Below, in pieces: positions 1 through 13,145 of a stretch of DNA of 32,403 nucleotides (position 1 is its first letter; each line of letters opens with the position of its first letter). Origin of the DNA: Tubiluchus corallicola (Eukaryota; Animalia; Priapulida); the NCBI GenBank assembly GCA_030141605.1, contig JAQGDQ010001619.1, positions 1-32,403 on the forward strand. The letters run 5' to 3'. A model generated the notes under the pieces. That model searched no databases. It had not been told where the DNA came from and saw only the letters and a list, made by a program, of their open reading frames with translations. A program made the position numbers and the translations under genes.

Positions 1-452
1 ATATGTTCTATAATTGTTGGTACGAGTTCAATGCCGATAACTTTCAATTTTATCCACAGCAATTTCAATCGTTCAGTCTTTAATGGAGTTTTGTATGTTC
101 TATAATTGTTGGTACGAGTTCAATACCGATAACTTTCAATTTTATCCACTGCAATTTCAATCGTTCAATCTTTAATGGAGTTTTGTATGTTCTATAATTG
201 TTAGTACGAGTTCAATACCGATAACTTCCAATTTTATACACAGCAATTACAATCGTTCAATCTTTAATGGAGTTTTGTATGTTCTATAATTGTTGGTACG
301 AGTTCAATACCGATAACTTTCAATTTTATTCACGGCAATTTCAATCGTTCAATCTCTAATGGAGTTTTTGTATGTTCTATAATTTTTGGCACTAGTTCAA
401 TGCCAATAACTTTCAATTTTGTCAACAATCGTTCATCTTTAATGGAGTTTTG
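1..452. repeat. Minisatellite, 92-bp unit, about 5 copies (runs off window start)
   Basis: Unit 'tatgttctataattgttggtacgagttcaat...taatggagttttg' recurs at 2, 94, 186, 278, 371. Confidence 0.95.
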
Positions 453-889
453 AACGTGCAATCTTTAAGGAACCTTTTTTCGTACTGTATTTTTCAATGA
501 TCATGTTCAGTTTCAACAAAGGAATCTTGATCTTGTAATCTTTAAATAGCGGCTGTTTTCTGTACCGTTATTGTTGGTACAGTTTCAATGCCGACTGTTA
601 CGTTCAACTTTATCAAGCAGTTTTAAGTGTGCAATCTTTAATGACGTGCATTTCTCCATATGTCATGACAGGAGTTTTTCCCTGATGCCTTGGCATTTTT
701 TGAAATATTCTAGTTTCGGTACTGTTTACCTTCGTCATTGTCATGTCACTTTATGTGATATATTAGCAGTAGTTGCCACCACTGTTATCAGTTTTACTTG
801 TTTACTGCTTTAGTACTGATTAATAATCAGTAATTATGTTCAATTTCATCAAGACAATTCTTTAAAATATTCAGTTTCTCTCTTATAAT

Positions 890-1860
890 GCATTTGTCGC
901 CTTGATGGCAGTTTTTCACGTGACATTAATAGTGACTCGCATCACGTCACCATGTCTCTTCATTTGTCGCCTTGATGGCAGTTTTTTCGTTACTATTGCA
1001 TCATTTTATGTGACTCGTTGATGATGGTACTTTCTCACTGTTCTATAACTCCATCACTATACTGTGCATGGCTATGTTCATGTTACTGATGAAGACATTA
1101 ATAGTGACTCGCATCACGTTACCATGTCCTTCATTTGTCGCCTTGATGGCAGTTTTTCCGTACATTAATAGTGACGTATTGTCATTCTTCTCCTTGAGGC
1201 GTTTTCAGGACATTAATAGTGACTCGCATCACGTTACCATGTCCTTCATTTGACGCCTTGATGGCAGTTTTTCACGTGACATTAATAGTGACTCGCATCA
1301 CGTTATCATGTCTCTTCATTTGACGCCTTGATGGCAGTTTTTCACGTGACATTAATAGTGACTCGCATCACGTTACCATGCCTCTTCATTTGTCTTGATG
1401 GCAGTTTTTCACGTGACATTAATAGTGACTCGCATCACGTTACCATGCCTCTTCATTTGTCGCCTTGATGGCAGTTTTTCACGTGACATTAATTCGTTAC
1501 ATGCTCTTTTTTTGACTTGATGGGTTTTTCCGTGACATTAATAGTGACTCGCATCACGTTACCATGCCTCTTCATTTGTCGCCTTGATGGCAGTTTTTCA
1601 CGTGACATTAATAGTGACTCGCATCACGTTACCATGCCTCTTCATTTGACGCCTTGATGGCAGTTTTTTCGTTACTATCACATCATTTTATGTGACACGT
1701 TGATGATGGTACTTTCCATCACTGTTCTATAACATCCATCACTATATTGTGACATGGCTATGTATCATGTTACTCGATGAAGACATTAATAGTGACTCGC
1801 ATCAAGTTACAATTGTCTCTTCATGTTACTATCACATCATTTTATGTGACACGTTGATCA
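890..1860. repeat. Minisatellite, about 70-bp unit, with a longer block repeated (about 961-1130 vs 1643-1830)
   Basis: 'catttgtcgccttgatggcagtttttcacgtgacattaatagtgactcgcatcacgttaccatgcctctt' repeated about 10 times, with interruptions. Confidence 0.93.
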
Positions 1861-2004
1861 CTATCACTACATTTTTTACATGAACCAGTAATGTTAATTT
1901 CCATCATTTTGTCATAACAAAGATTTGTTCATCCTTTCCCAGCATATGAGGAATAATGGCTGAATGTTTCTTCTATGAAAATAATTGCTATTATGACACA
2001 CAAC

Positions 2005-2130
2005 CTTGTATATAGTCAAGCGTTTATTTTGACTATAGGCATCAAGTTTGCCACGTTGCATAATTAAAATCTTGTATATAGTCAAGCGTTTATTTTGACT
2101 ATAGGCATCAAGTTTGCCACCTTGCATAAT
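2005..2130. repeat. 66-bp tandem duplication, each copy with a 9-bp-stem hairpin
   Basis: 'cttgtatatagtcaagcgtttattttgactataggcatcaagtttgccac' at 2005 and 2071; tatagtcaa/ttgactata is an inverted pair. Confidence 0.9.
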
Positions 2131-2306
2131 TTAAAGATGTTGCCTAATATTGTAACCATGGCTGTCCATGTATAGATAACGTTTGAATATACAATCAATT
2201 AAATATGGCTGAAATATGTGTCGCCATGTTATTAAAAATTAGCTTCCCACCGCCTGGTCACTATCGGCATGGGAGGGGGATCAATTTTATTATGAACACT
2301 TTTGAC

Positions 2307-2508
2307 GCTTCGAATCATTAAAATGTTTTGAGCGTACTTTGAACAATTACGCTTCTTAATTAAAGCACCATTGGTGCTTCAAATCATTAAAATGTTTTGA
2401 GCGTACTTTAAACAACTACGCTTCTTCATTAAAGCACCATTGGTGCTTCGAATCATTAAAATATTTTGAGCGTACTTTAAACAACTACGCTTCTTCATTA
2501 AAGCACCA
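2307..2508. repeat. 69-bp unit x3 with near-palindromic junction aagcaccattggtgctt
   Basis: Unit starts at 2307, 2376, 2445; the array is bracketed by inverted gggagggggat (about 2271) / atccccctccc (about 2542). Confidence 0.9.
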
Positions 2509-2679
2509 GAAATAAAAATTATTATTAATGATTGTTTTCAATCCCCCTCCCCCTGCTCCTCAGAAAATTCCTCCTCATTGGCTCGGTAACTGCCGCCTCA
2601 CAAACATCCAGCATCATCAGCATCGTGGTCAATCTATCTTATAAATAGTTTTTATGCACAACTTGTATACGATACAGTG

Positions 2680-3292
2680 CAACTAACTTAACATACTGTA
2701 GCTTATACAATGTACTGCAGTTTTTAGAAATACTGCAGCTTAAAGGATATGTAACAATTAATAGAACATATTGCAGTTTGTATGATATATTGCAGTTTCT
2801 AAAAATACATCGTCTTATAGGATACGTTAACAATTCATAGAATATAGTGCAGCTTGTATGGTATATTGTTGTTTGTTGAAGGTTGCAGTTTCTAGAAATA
2901 TCGCAGCTTATAGGATGAGTTACAATTAATAGGATATACTGCAGTTGCTACGATATATTGCAGTTAACAGAATATTGCAGCATATAGGGTATGTTACCAT
3001 TAATAGAATATACTGCAGTTGCTACGATATATTGCAGTTAACAGAATATTGCAGCTTGTAGGATATGTGACAATTATTAGAATATATTGCAGTTAACAGA
3101 ATATTGCAGCTTATAGGACGTGTTACAATTAATAGAATATGCTGCAGTTGCTACGATATATTGCAGTTAACAGAATATTGCAGCTTATAGGATATGTGAC
3201 AATTAATAGAACATACTGCAGCAGCTGTGATGCATTGCAGTTAACAGAATATTGCAGCATATATTGCACTTTAGAATACAATGCATTGCAGA
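2680..3292. repeat. Minisatellite, about 74-bp unit built of tgcag-containing sub-repeats
   Basis: 'gcagttgctacgatatattgcagttaacagaatattgcagc...' recurs at 2941, 3015 and about 3144, with degenerate copies on both sides. Confidence 0.85.
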
Positions 3293-3949
3293 AAATTTGT
3301 GTTGAATGTCAACTTTAAATATTATGCTAAATATGTAAGCACTTTTATATTTTATATTTTATATTAAAAAATCCGAGAAACTGTAATGTATCCGCTGATG
3401 ATGCTGAAGCTCTAAATTGCAAATAGCAATTAACGTTCAAATTGAAACGTAATTCTCCAAACCTCCGGAGAGAAATTTGGGTCATCTTGCACTGGCTTTT
3501 GACTTGGCACATTCTCACAGTACAAAGCTGTCTTGCACTGGCTTTTGTCTTGCCAACACTGGCTTTTGTCTTGCCAACATTGAAATAAATATTTTTGCTC
3601 ATAACCTCCAAAGAGAAACTGCGTTGAATCAGTTTTTAGCTTTTTGCTGACATTAAAATGAATATTTTTGCTCATAACAGGAGAAGTTGTCTTGAACTTG
3701 TTCTCAATGTTAGAATGAACATTTTTGAACATCAAAGAAATGTTCAGTTGAACAGATTTGGAACGTTTTGAACATTTTTTCTACATATATTTTAATGAAC
3801 ATAATAGTAATCATAAGAAAAATACGGAGTCCTCCATGGGTCCAGTTACCGAGCCTTCATAAGTAAATAATATAGCAGCTTAACTCATAGTATAACCACT
3901 GCTATAACTACAGAATTATGTAAATATGTAAATACAGAAGTTTTTTGAA

Positions 3950-4405
3950 TATTGTTTGATGAAATGATACAAATTGGAGTTTTTTGACTTTTTTCTCCAT
4001 TGTAAATAAATTGTTTGATGAAATGATATGACTTGTTCTTGAAATGTAAATTGGAGTTTTTTTACTTTTTTCTCCATTGTAAATAAATTGTTTGATTAAG
4101 TGATATGACTTGTTCTTGAAATGTAAATTGGATTTTTTTGACTTTTTTCTCCATTGTAAATAAATTGTTTGATGAAATGATATGACTTGTTCTTGAAATG
4201 TAAATTGGAGTTTTTTTACTTTTTTCTCCATTGTAAATAAATTGTTTGATGAAATGATACAAATTGGAGTTTTTTGACTTGCTTTTTCCATTGTAAATAA
4301 ATTGTTTAATGAAATGATAGGAATGTTCATAAAATGTTATTGTGCAGAAATGTATATTGGAGTTTTTTGACTTGTTTTTTTTCTCCATTGTAAATAAATT
4401 GTGAA
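3950..4405. repeat. Minisatellite, 77-bp unit, about 6 copies
   Basis: 'tctccattgtaaataaattgtttgatgaaatgatatgacttgttcttgaaatgtaaattggagttttt' at 3994, 4071, 4148, 4225; this explains the repetitive ORFs 3908-4388. Confidence 0.93.
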
Positions 4406-5395
4406 ATGTTACAGCATCTAGCGAAGCTAGTGCAGTTCTTCACTGTTTTATCAATTGTAAATTAGTCTGATGAAATTTTGACTTGTTCTTGAAATGTAAA
4501 TGTGGGGGTCGTTGCCTAACTTCACGCGAATGTTTATATGTAAAGTGGAGTGTTTTTATGTTTACTCATGTAATGTTAGTATGTTTGCTTAACCCTTGTA
4601 GGGTCACGATTCCCCGCCCCCCACACCATAATTGCTTATTGCTTGGATATTTTTCGTTGTGTATTGTAAATAAACAATTTTTGTATTTAAACAAATCAGA
4701 TACTTTTATTCTGCTTGTATACTCCCATAAATGATGTTTAAACTAAATGTATAATTGCAGGACGAGAACACACAACATTTTAACAACGCATTTAATAACA
4801 CACCACAAGCAGTTACTGAGTCAGCTTTTCATAAGATCCATATTAAAAAACGAGCGATTATTACACGTTAATGTGATCACATGACTGATCTTTCTAGGGA
4901 ACATTTTTAAAATTAGGGAATTATTAAGTGCTGAATGTTTCAAGATTGAAGTCGTGAATGCTGAAAGTTTACAGGCTGCAGCCAAGAATTAATGGAATGG
5001 GTGCTACTGTAAATGAACTTACACGAGTGGCGACATCTCCCGTGCTGTTTAAAAAGGTTTTGAGACGTAAGGATGTAGATGCAGATGAAACAGCTTGTGT
5101 TGTGTTAGCATTTTATGCAATAGACATGAACATATTTATTTAAATTTGTTTTGCAGCTTTTGGAAATTTGCACTTATATTGTGAGCAGCCATAGTTTATT
5201 TGTGTCCTGCAAATGGCGAGGTCCTTATGGTTCTCACGAACTAACGAAATATTGTCTTAAGGATTATTCTTTGGTTCTCAGTAATGTGTGCGTTGAAAAA
5301 AAATAATCATTTCTTTTATTCGTAACAGGTGGCGCCAGCGTGCTGGCTGAAATACGTAATTCCGCCGGAAATAAATAAATAAATAACCAAATGAG

Positions 5396-5838
<443 letters not shown>

Positions 5839-7394
5839 CATATAGTTATAAGATGATAACGCAAATTGTAAAGTAAAGTTACATGCTGAAGTGGACAATA
5901 AATTACAAAAGAATTACAAATCCATTTTTTGAAATGTGCGACTAAAACAATAATAATTTTAAATGATTGGCTTACTTGTGGAAAAACGTACAGTATTGTA
6001 TACACGGGCGCATATAGTTAAAATGTTAAAATCGTTTTTTATTAGTAAAATACTTTAAAATCGAAGCGTGGTGATTTGTAGTCTGCTGTTTTCCACGTTT
6101 TGCACTTTCCATTAAAGCAATAACGGAAATCGTAGAATTTATCAACTCAGCATGCCAAATCGTACTGTAATTCATGTACGAAATTTGTTACGTTTTTCTC
6201 ATCAGCGGTACGTTGGCAGCATCAAGCGCCAGAGGATTAAAGCCTTTTCATTAAAAAAATTCAAACTTATTGTAACAACATTTTCCACATATTCGTTGCA
6301 GTTCAATTGTCTAAGAAACAGCAAGCAAGCTAAATTAAAGCTGTTTGAACTGTTTGAACTTTTGATATGCCTAAAAAACATTATTGAAATTACAGTAATA
6401 ATATTTTTCCCTGTTTGTCATATTAGTATAAATCTTTGGTAAACTACACAAATTGAAATATATGTCTAATTTACAAACAGGGTTAGTTCAACGTGTATAT
6501 AAATTTATATACAGCATTAGACAGCATTAGCCATTTTAGTAATCACTAATCATTCTGCTTCACTCAATAAATTCAATTACGTTACTTATCAAAAAGTTAT
6601 AATCTTCTGCAAGCCTGTCAGTCGCATTTAATAGCAAACCTACAGAGAGTTTGTGACCTAGAGAAATTACATGCTAAGAAATGTTGTCTAGCATCTTCAG
6701 CTTGCCAACAACATACGCAGTGACGTTTCTCCTTACTGTGATTTTTGACGAGATCATTTTTTTATTTACTGCAATGCATTCTTAGCCTTGAATGCATCTT
6801 GGTCAAATCTGCACCCATAAAATTCTTTCATGTACTTGTTCTAAATTATTTGCAATAGTGCTTCTTGAAGCTGCCAATAGTAACTTTCTCTCGAACATTA
6901 ACAAATAAATGATTCCATAATACAATGGTCTTCGGAAAAAAGACCCAATAAAAGTTGTTGCACAATTGTTCTAATTAGAAGTCTAATTAATTGTTCTAAT
7001 TAAATATACACGTTTTCCTCTAATGGCAGTGGCAGTCTTTGCAGCTTGCGGGCCAATATGTTGTTTATCTTATACATCATGGCTAGTTTGTGTTTGTACC
7101 TGCAGCTTTATAATGTTTCTCACTTGCATTCATTATAATTATATAATTTCGTGACTAGACCTCTATCTGCACCTGTAACAACCCTTACAGTTTCAAATTG
7201 TGCAGTTTCTATAGTTTATCTTTATCCCTCTGTGAACAGTTATCCTGTAATATAGTATCGGACTGGCACACCGGGAAACTGGGTTATTTCCATCACTTTA
7301 GAAATTACAGAAAAATTACAACTAAAAAAAGAAAAATATTGCACAGATTCTGGGAAGATTTAGATGAGGCTTTTTAATGCTATAATTTTTTTGG

Positions 7395-7398
<4 letters not shown>

Positions 7399-7433
<35 letters not shown>
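7399..7433. repeat. (TA)n microsatellite
   Basis: Seen directly in the sequence. Confidence 0.95.
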
Positions 7434-7440
<7 letters not shown>

Positions 7441-9988
7441 CCGTTTTTAATTTCTCGTGTCGCGAATCAGCTAATATTTGCAAGGAATGTAGGGAACAAT
7501 AATTTTCTTCTTTTTTTTCTAATGTGGAATTATTTGGCATGTAGGCGGAGGATTTCGAACTACTTTTTAGCAGACGAAAAGTAAACCGCTTGTGTGTTAA
7601 ATTTTCTTACAGAGTTTGGTGTTATTTTCTATCTTTATCAATTTTAATAAAAGTTCTGATTAATCCACGTGTCTGAAGCATTTGTTTTCGCCTGCCTGCA
7701 TTTTTATTTCCAGGTTGTCTGTTTTGTTTGAAACAAGTGCTTACCTGGGACATCAGAAGGGGACGGCCTCCCAAAACTCTTTGTTAAATTTAATCACCAA
7801 CGATTAATGATAGAAGTGCTGCTCGGAACATAAAACGAGGGGACTTTCTATAACTATTATAGTTATAGACTTATTGCAAACCTTACTGTTATGTTGTGAG
7901 ACAGCCCTTTGCCTCTATACTGTAGTGTAGAATACAACAAAATATACATAGAGTGTTTCTGCATTAATATGGCCCATCCATGCTCTATTTTTAAAAACAT
8001 TGTAAGCATAATCAACGTTTTATTTGCCGTGATATCTGTGATCTATGGCGCCAAATGAAATGCACATGCATAAATCATAGTAAATTTAATAACCATCATT
8101 CATCAAATTCTAGTGAATCATACTTTTGTGTACTTTGTCTGAATCAAATTTTCCACTGCAAAATTTAAAAAATGGTGAAATATTCAATCATTTTTAAATG
8201 CAGAAATTAATGTTAATATTTTCGAACTGGCACAACATTTTTATGCCAAATCTATTGGATTATGACCGACAAGACCCAGACTTATATTAATAGAAACCAT
8301 GTCGATGACAAATATTATAAGTTAACTAATTTAAATAGTAATCTAAACAGTTTGCCTAAAATACTCAGAATATTAGAAGTCTTGAGGAAATTTCGAAATC
8401 CGTGTCACCTTATTGCAATAGGTAATACACGACTTTCTAATAAAACTCACTTCTGTTATGACATTCCTAGATATGAAATCATCTGTAGTAATTCAGCAAC
8501 AAACACAGGAAGAGTCTTCATGTCAATAATAACATTTTTTGTTTTTTTCACCAGTTAAAATGATACAACTAAATATTTTGTTTGATTATAATTTGCATGT
8601 GATACAACTAGTGTCACGTAGTTAACCATGCTAATTAATGTTGCATAAATAGGGATGGCTGCTAGGTGACCTCTTGGTCTTTCGCCACCCTGTCTAATAT
8701 TATGTCATTTTCAAACTGACTCAAATTGTGAAGAAAGCAATTTTAAAGCATGGCATTAAGTCAATGTTATTGAATTGTACTACATCAACTTCTTATATTA
8801 TGTAATTTTGAAACTGATTCAACTTGTTAGGGAAACTTTTTTAAAGCATGGAATAGAGTGCCTGATATTAAATTTAGAGCAATGACAAGAGAGCTAGTTA
8901 TTTATGAGGCTTAGAGAGATTAATTTATAGCGTTACTCAAATTTATCATGTTGCAAGATTTGAACATGATTTGAATTGCTAAAATGTTAGTTAAAAGGAA
9001 CAAGTGTCGAAGACTTACAGGTGAAGTTATTGACTAAGTTGTTTACTGCTAATTAAGTATTAGGATAGGGCCATAGGAATTGAGAACATGGCAAATTTTG
9101 TAAATTATAAGACTATCTGTAATGTTATCAATATAGTAGCCTGGTACAATATAGTTCCTATGTGTGAACAGGCTTTCAATTATTATTACGCATTTGGATT
9201 CGAACTGTGTGGTCGTAATTTATGTCTTCTGATTTAAGTTCATTAAACTCTTTGATTACATATAAATACTGTGTTCTAGTACATAATATTACAATATCTT
9301 TAAGCATTTGAGTGTCCATGTTTTAATGATGATAATATGCAAAGTTCATACATTGGTAGTAAGACTGTTCTGCTTGTACTTAGGTATACATAGTTCAGCA
9401 AGCTCTGTATAGATATATCCCTATAACACTTTACAGAGAACGAAAAGGTGCAAAACGTACAGGTAAATGTTTTATCACATACAGAGATGCCTTAACGAAA
9501 TGTGTTCAAGTTGCATAACTATACTTCAGTTTGGATAAATATTTTATATATAACTTTATTTACGTCAACAGCACAAATAGAATTTATGCTTTCACCATAA
9601 TTAAATTAATCAACAAACACAGCGAAGTGAAATATATATATTCTGATAGTCGCTATTTATTAATAACTAAAATATATATCAAGTAATATGCCACAATTAG
9701 CCTACATTTCATAAACAACGAAAATGTAAACTTAAAGATTAAGAAATCATTTAAAGATGATGTTTTAAGATACCTATTATAGTTTCTTACAACACTGTAT
9801 GCTGTAATATAATTACAAGGGCACTGCAATGAGTGGTTATTATAAAGTTGAATTTCTGTTATGTTACTTTACTAACATGTTAACTCATAATAATAATAAT
9901 TATTATTATTATTATTGATGTTTATCACAGTTTTGCTCAAATCAAGTTGCACATTATAAAAAAATAAAATTTTAGGCCTGCTAGCAAC

Positions 9989-10384
9989 TAGGGGTGAGCA
10001 TCGAACGCTCGAATTCGATTCAAACGAGTTTTTTTTAGTTCGACTGCGATTTAAATCCAAAACTATAGATTCAAATAATTCAGCACTTCAATCACACATG
10101 TTCTTTATCACTAAAATGATTGAAACATCATGCAATTAGAATAATTTAGCTGTGATTTCTGTACACAATTTTAAAGAAATTACTAGTCGTTTTTTCTAGA
10201 ACAAAATCTAGTGATACACATGATCTTTGTAAGACTAATTTTTGCTGGTGGTTCGAAAACTTGTTGGAAAATCTTTCAAACTCAATTCGAATTCGAAACA
10301 CTGAAGTTCGGTTCGATTCGAATTCGAAAACCACAAATTCAGTTCGATTCGAATTCGCTTTCTGGTAGAGAATGCTCACCCCTA
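9989..10384. mobile_element. Non-autonomous hAT-type MITE (396 bp)
   Basis: 13-bp TIRs TAGGGGTGAGCAT / ATGCTCACCCCTA; perfect 8-bp TSD CTAGCAAC (9981-9988 and 10385-10392); subterminal TTCGAA/TCGA repeats. An 8-bp TSD is typical of hAT elements. Confidence 0.92.
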
Positions 10385-11378
10385 CTAGCAACAAGTTACA
10401 TTAGGTTGAATAAACCAATTTTTGTCTTACATAAAGTAAAAGAACATAAAATCAATAGTAATATTTAATCCATAAAATTATATCATATAATAATTATAAT
10501 TATTATAAAAAATTCTACTACTGAAATGATGCTATATTTAGCACACCAATGCATATACCAATGAGACGTTTAGTATCAACATCAAAATAATTCACTGATA
10601 TAATGAATGATGGTTATTAAAATTAATGTGGAACTTTACCGACCGATATACAGTTCACGTGAAAATTAACCAACATTTCCAAACATTCTAATGTTTCCAT
10701 TGTCGCAGAGCTTTGGATTGTACAGCATTTAAACTCCCATTGTTCCTAGATATATCGATGATCATTGTCTAATAGACAATGGTAAAACATTAAATTTGTT
10801 CTATTTACAAAAACTGTATAAAGTATGACATCTTAAAAAACACATCTCTAAATTCTTACAATGGTAACGCAATAAATATGCCAAAGATTTTTACATAAGA
10901 AAAAAGGTTACGAAAAATCGGGACCTGTATTTGTGGTCCCTTATAAGCAAGTACCTTATACATACTTTACAAAGACTACTGCTTTAGCAAATTAATATTT
11001 TTCTAGTCAAAATAAATACTCCTATTTTTCCAACTCTAACTTCATAAATTTAACCTAAGCTGCAATGTTGGTTGGTTGTTCATTCGTTCGTCAGTCAGTG
11101 GGTAAGTGGGCGAGCCAGCCAGTTGGATAATCAAGCAGTCTGCCGTAAGTCACTTGCCATTAGCCAGTTAGTACGCTAGCTGGTAATAATTTATTTTTTC
11201 TTTGTATCGTCTTTTGTTTATTTGCTTATAGATTTAAGTAATCCACGACTAACTGACTGACCAACAGCTAGTGTGTTTTAATGGTTGATGCCGCAAGTAT
11301 TCAAACAGAACATTAAAGTCAACAGTCTGTCTTTTTTACAACAGACGACTATCATGATTACACGATGGCATCTGTAAC

Positions 11379-11722
11379 ATGTTGACTCATTGTAATGCCT
11401 ATGATGACTCATTGTAATGCCTATGATGACTCATTGTAATGTCTATGTTGAGTCATTGCAATGCCTATGTTGACTCATTGTAATGTCTATGTTGACTCAT
11501 TGTAATGCCTATGTTGACTCATTGTAATGTCTATGTTGACTCATTATAATGTCTATGATGACTCATTGTAATGCCTATGTTGACTCATTGTAATGTCTAT
11601 GTTGACTCATTATTATGTCTATGTTGACTCATTGCAATACCTATGTTGACTCATTGTAATGTCTATGTTGACTCATTGTAATGCCTATGTTGACTCATTG
11701 TAATGTCTATGTTGACTCATGT
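11379..11722. repeat. 22-bp minisatellite (about 15-16 copies) immediately 3' of the zinc-finger stop codon
   Basis: Unit 'atgttgactcattgtaatg(c/t)ct'; each unit contains TGACTCA (one has TGAGTCA). Confidence 0.95.
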
Positions 11723-12901
11723 CTATGCCGTATGAGAGTTCATGTGCTTGAGAAGATTACCTCGCTGAGAAAATGATTTGTCACACAAGTCACATTTGTG
11801 GGGTTTTATTCCAGTATGAGTGTTCATGTGCTTGAGAAGATTACCTCGCTGAGAAAATGATTTGTCACACAAGTCACATTTGTGGGGTTTTATTCCAGTA
11901 TGAGTGTTCATGTGAATGAAAAGATTACCTCGCTGAGAAAATGATTTGTCACATAAGTCACATTTGTGGGACTTCATTCCAGTATGAGTGTTCATGTGAC
12001 TGAGAAGATGATCACGGCGAGAAAATGGTTTGTCACATAAGTCACATTTGTGGGGTTTCAATCCAGTATGAGTGTTCATGTGCGTGAGAAGACTACTTCG
12101 CGCAGAAAATGATTTGTCACATAAGTCACATTTGTGGGGTTTCATTCCAGTATGAGTGTTCATGTGCGTGAGAAGACTACCTCGCTGAGAAAATGATTTG
12201 TCACACAAGTCACATTTGTGGGGTTTCATTCCAGTATGAGTGTTCATGTGCTTGCGAAGATCACCTCGCTCAGAAAATGATTTGTCACATAAGTCACATT
12301 TGTGGGGTTTCATTCCAGTGTGAGTGTTCATGTGACTGAGAAGATGACCTCGTTGAGAAAATGATTTGTCACATAAGTCACATTTGTGGGGTTTCATTCC
12401 AGTATGAGTGTTCATGTGACTGAGAAGATGACCTCGCTCAGAAAATGATTTGTCACATAAGTCACATTTATGGGGCTTCATTCCAGTATGAGTGTTTCTG
12501 TGACTGAGAAGATGACCTCGCTGAGAAAATGATTTGTCACATAAATCACATTTGTGGGGTTTTATTCCAGTATGAGTGTTCATGTGAATGAAAAGACTAC
12601 CTCGATGAGAAAATGATTTGTCACACAAGTCACATTTGTGGGATTTCATTCCAGTATGAGTGTTCATGTGACTGAGAAGATGATCACGGCGAGAAAATGG
12701 TTTGTCACATAAGTCACATTTGTGGGGTTTCAATCCAGTATGAGTGTTCATGTGCGTGAGAAGATTACATCGCACAGAAAATGATTTGTCACATAAGTCA
12801 CATTTGTGGGGTTTCATTCCAGTGTGAGTGTTCATGTGACAGAGAAGATGACCTCGTTGAGAAAATGATTTGTCACATACGTCACATTTGTGGGGTTTCA
12901 T
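11723..12901 (-). CDS. C2H2 (Kruppel-type) zinc-finger protein, 14 tandem 28-aa fingers, fingers only
   Basis: 392-aa ORF = 14 x (KPHKCDLCDKSFS-x7-HMNTHTG); all C2H2 ligands intact; TG(M/L/I)KPH linkers; in-frame TGA 13 codons upstream (12938-12940); minus-strand pyrimidine tract plus TAG acceptor at about 13073 suggests a spliced 5' leader. Confidence 0.9.
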   Translation of the reverse strand: MKPHKCDVCDKSFSQRGHLLCHMNTHTGMKPHKCDLCDKSFSVRCNLLTHMNTHTGLKPHKCDLCDKPFSRRDHLLSHMNTHTGMKSHKCDLCDKSFSHRGSLFIHMNTHTGIKPHKCDLCDKSFSQRGHLLSHRNTHTGMKPHKCDLCDKSFSERGHLLSHMNTHTGMKPHKCDLCDKSFSQRGHLLSHMNTHTGMKPHKCDLCDKSFSERGDLRKHMNTHTGMKPHKCDLCDKSFSQRGSLLTHMNTHTGMKPHKCDLCDKSFSARSSLLTHMNTHTGLKPHKCDLCDKPFSRRDHLLSHMNTHTGMKSHKCDLCDKSFSQRGNLFIHMNTHTGIKPHKCDLCDKSFSQRGNLLKHMNTHTGIKPHKCDLCDKSFSQRGNLLKHMNSHTA

Positions 12902-13145
12902 TCTTGTGTAATGTTCAGGTTTCTTACAAAGTATGCTTCAATAGCAAAAATATTTCTTGTGCTGACCACAGCTGCAAGCTTTAAGTACGTTTATCCACAA
13001 CAGCCGACACTCGGTTTCCTAAGATTGTAGATCACAGTTGCGAGACTTCAATTCACATGCAGGAGGCGACAACTATATTGAAAAGAAACCAAAAATAAAA
13101 TTTACAGTTAATAATGCAGCATCCATATTGAGCGCGTTATTATTA

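Noticed and set aside
1-1860. Possible CRISPR-like arrays
   Set aside because: Units are fully repeated with no unique spacers, there are no cas genes, and the context is eukaryotic
3908-4388. 140-aa and 108-aa minus-strand ORFs
   Set aside because: Products of the 77-bp tandem repeat
7739-7800. U1 snRNA-like start (cttacctgg)
   Set aside because: Downstream sequence does not follow U1 stems or the Sm site; more likely a repeat fragment or chance donor complement
11723-12901. Naming the zinc-finger gene PRDM9
   Set aside because: No PR/SET, KRAB or SSXRD exons found; only the array architecture is similar
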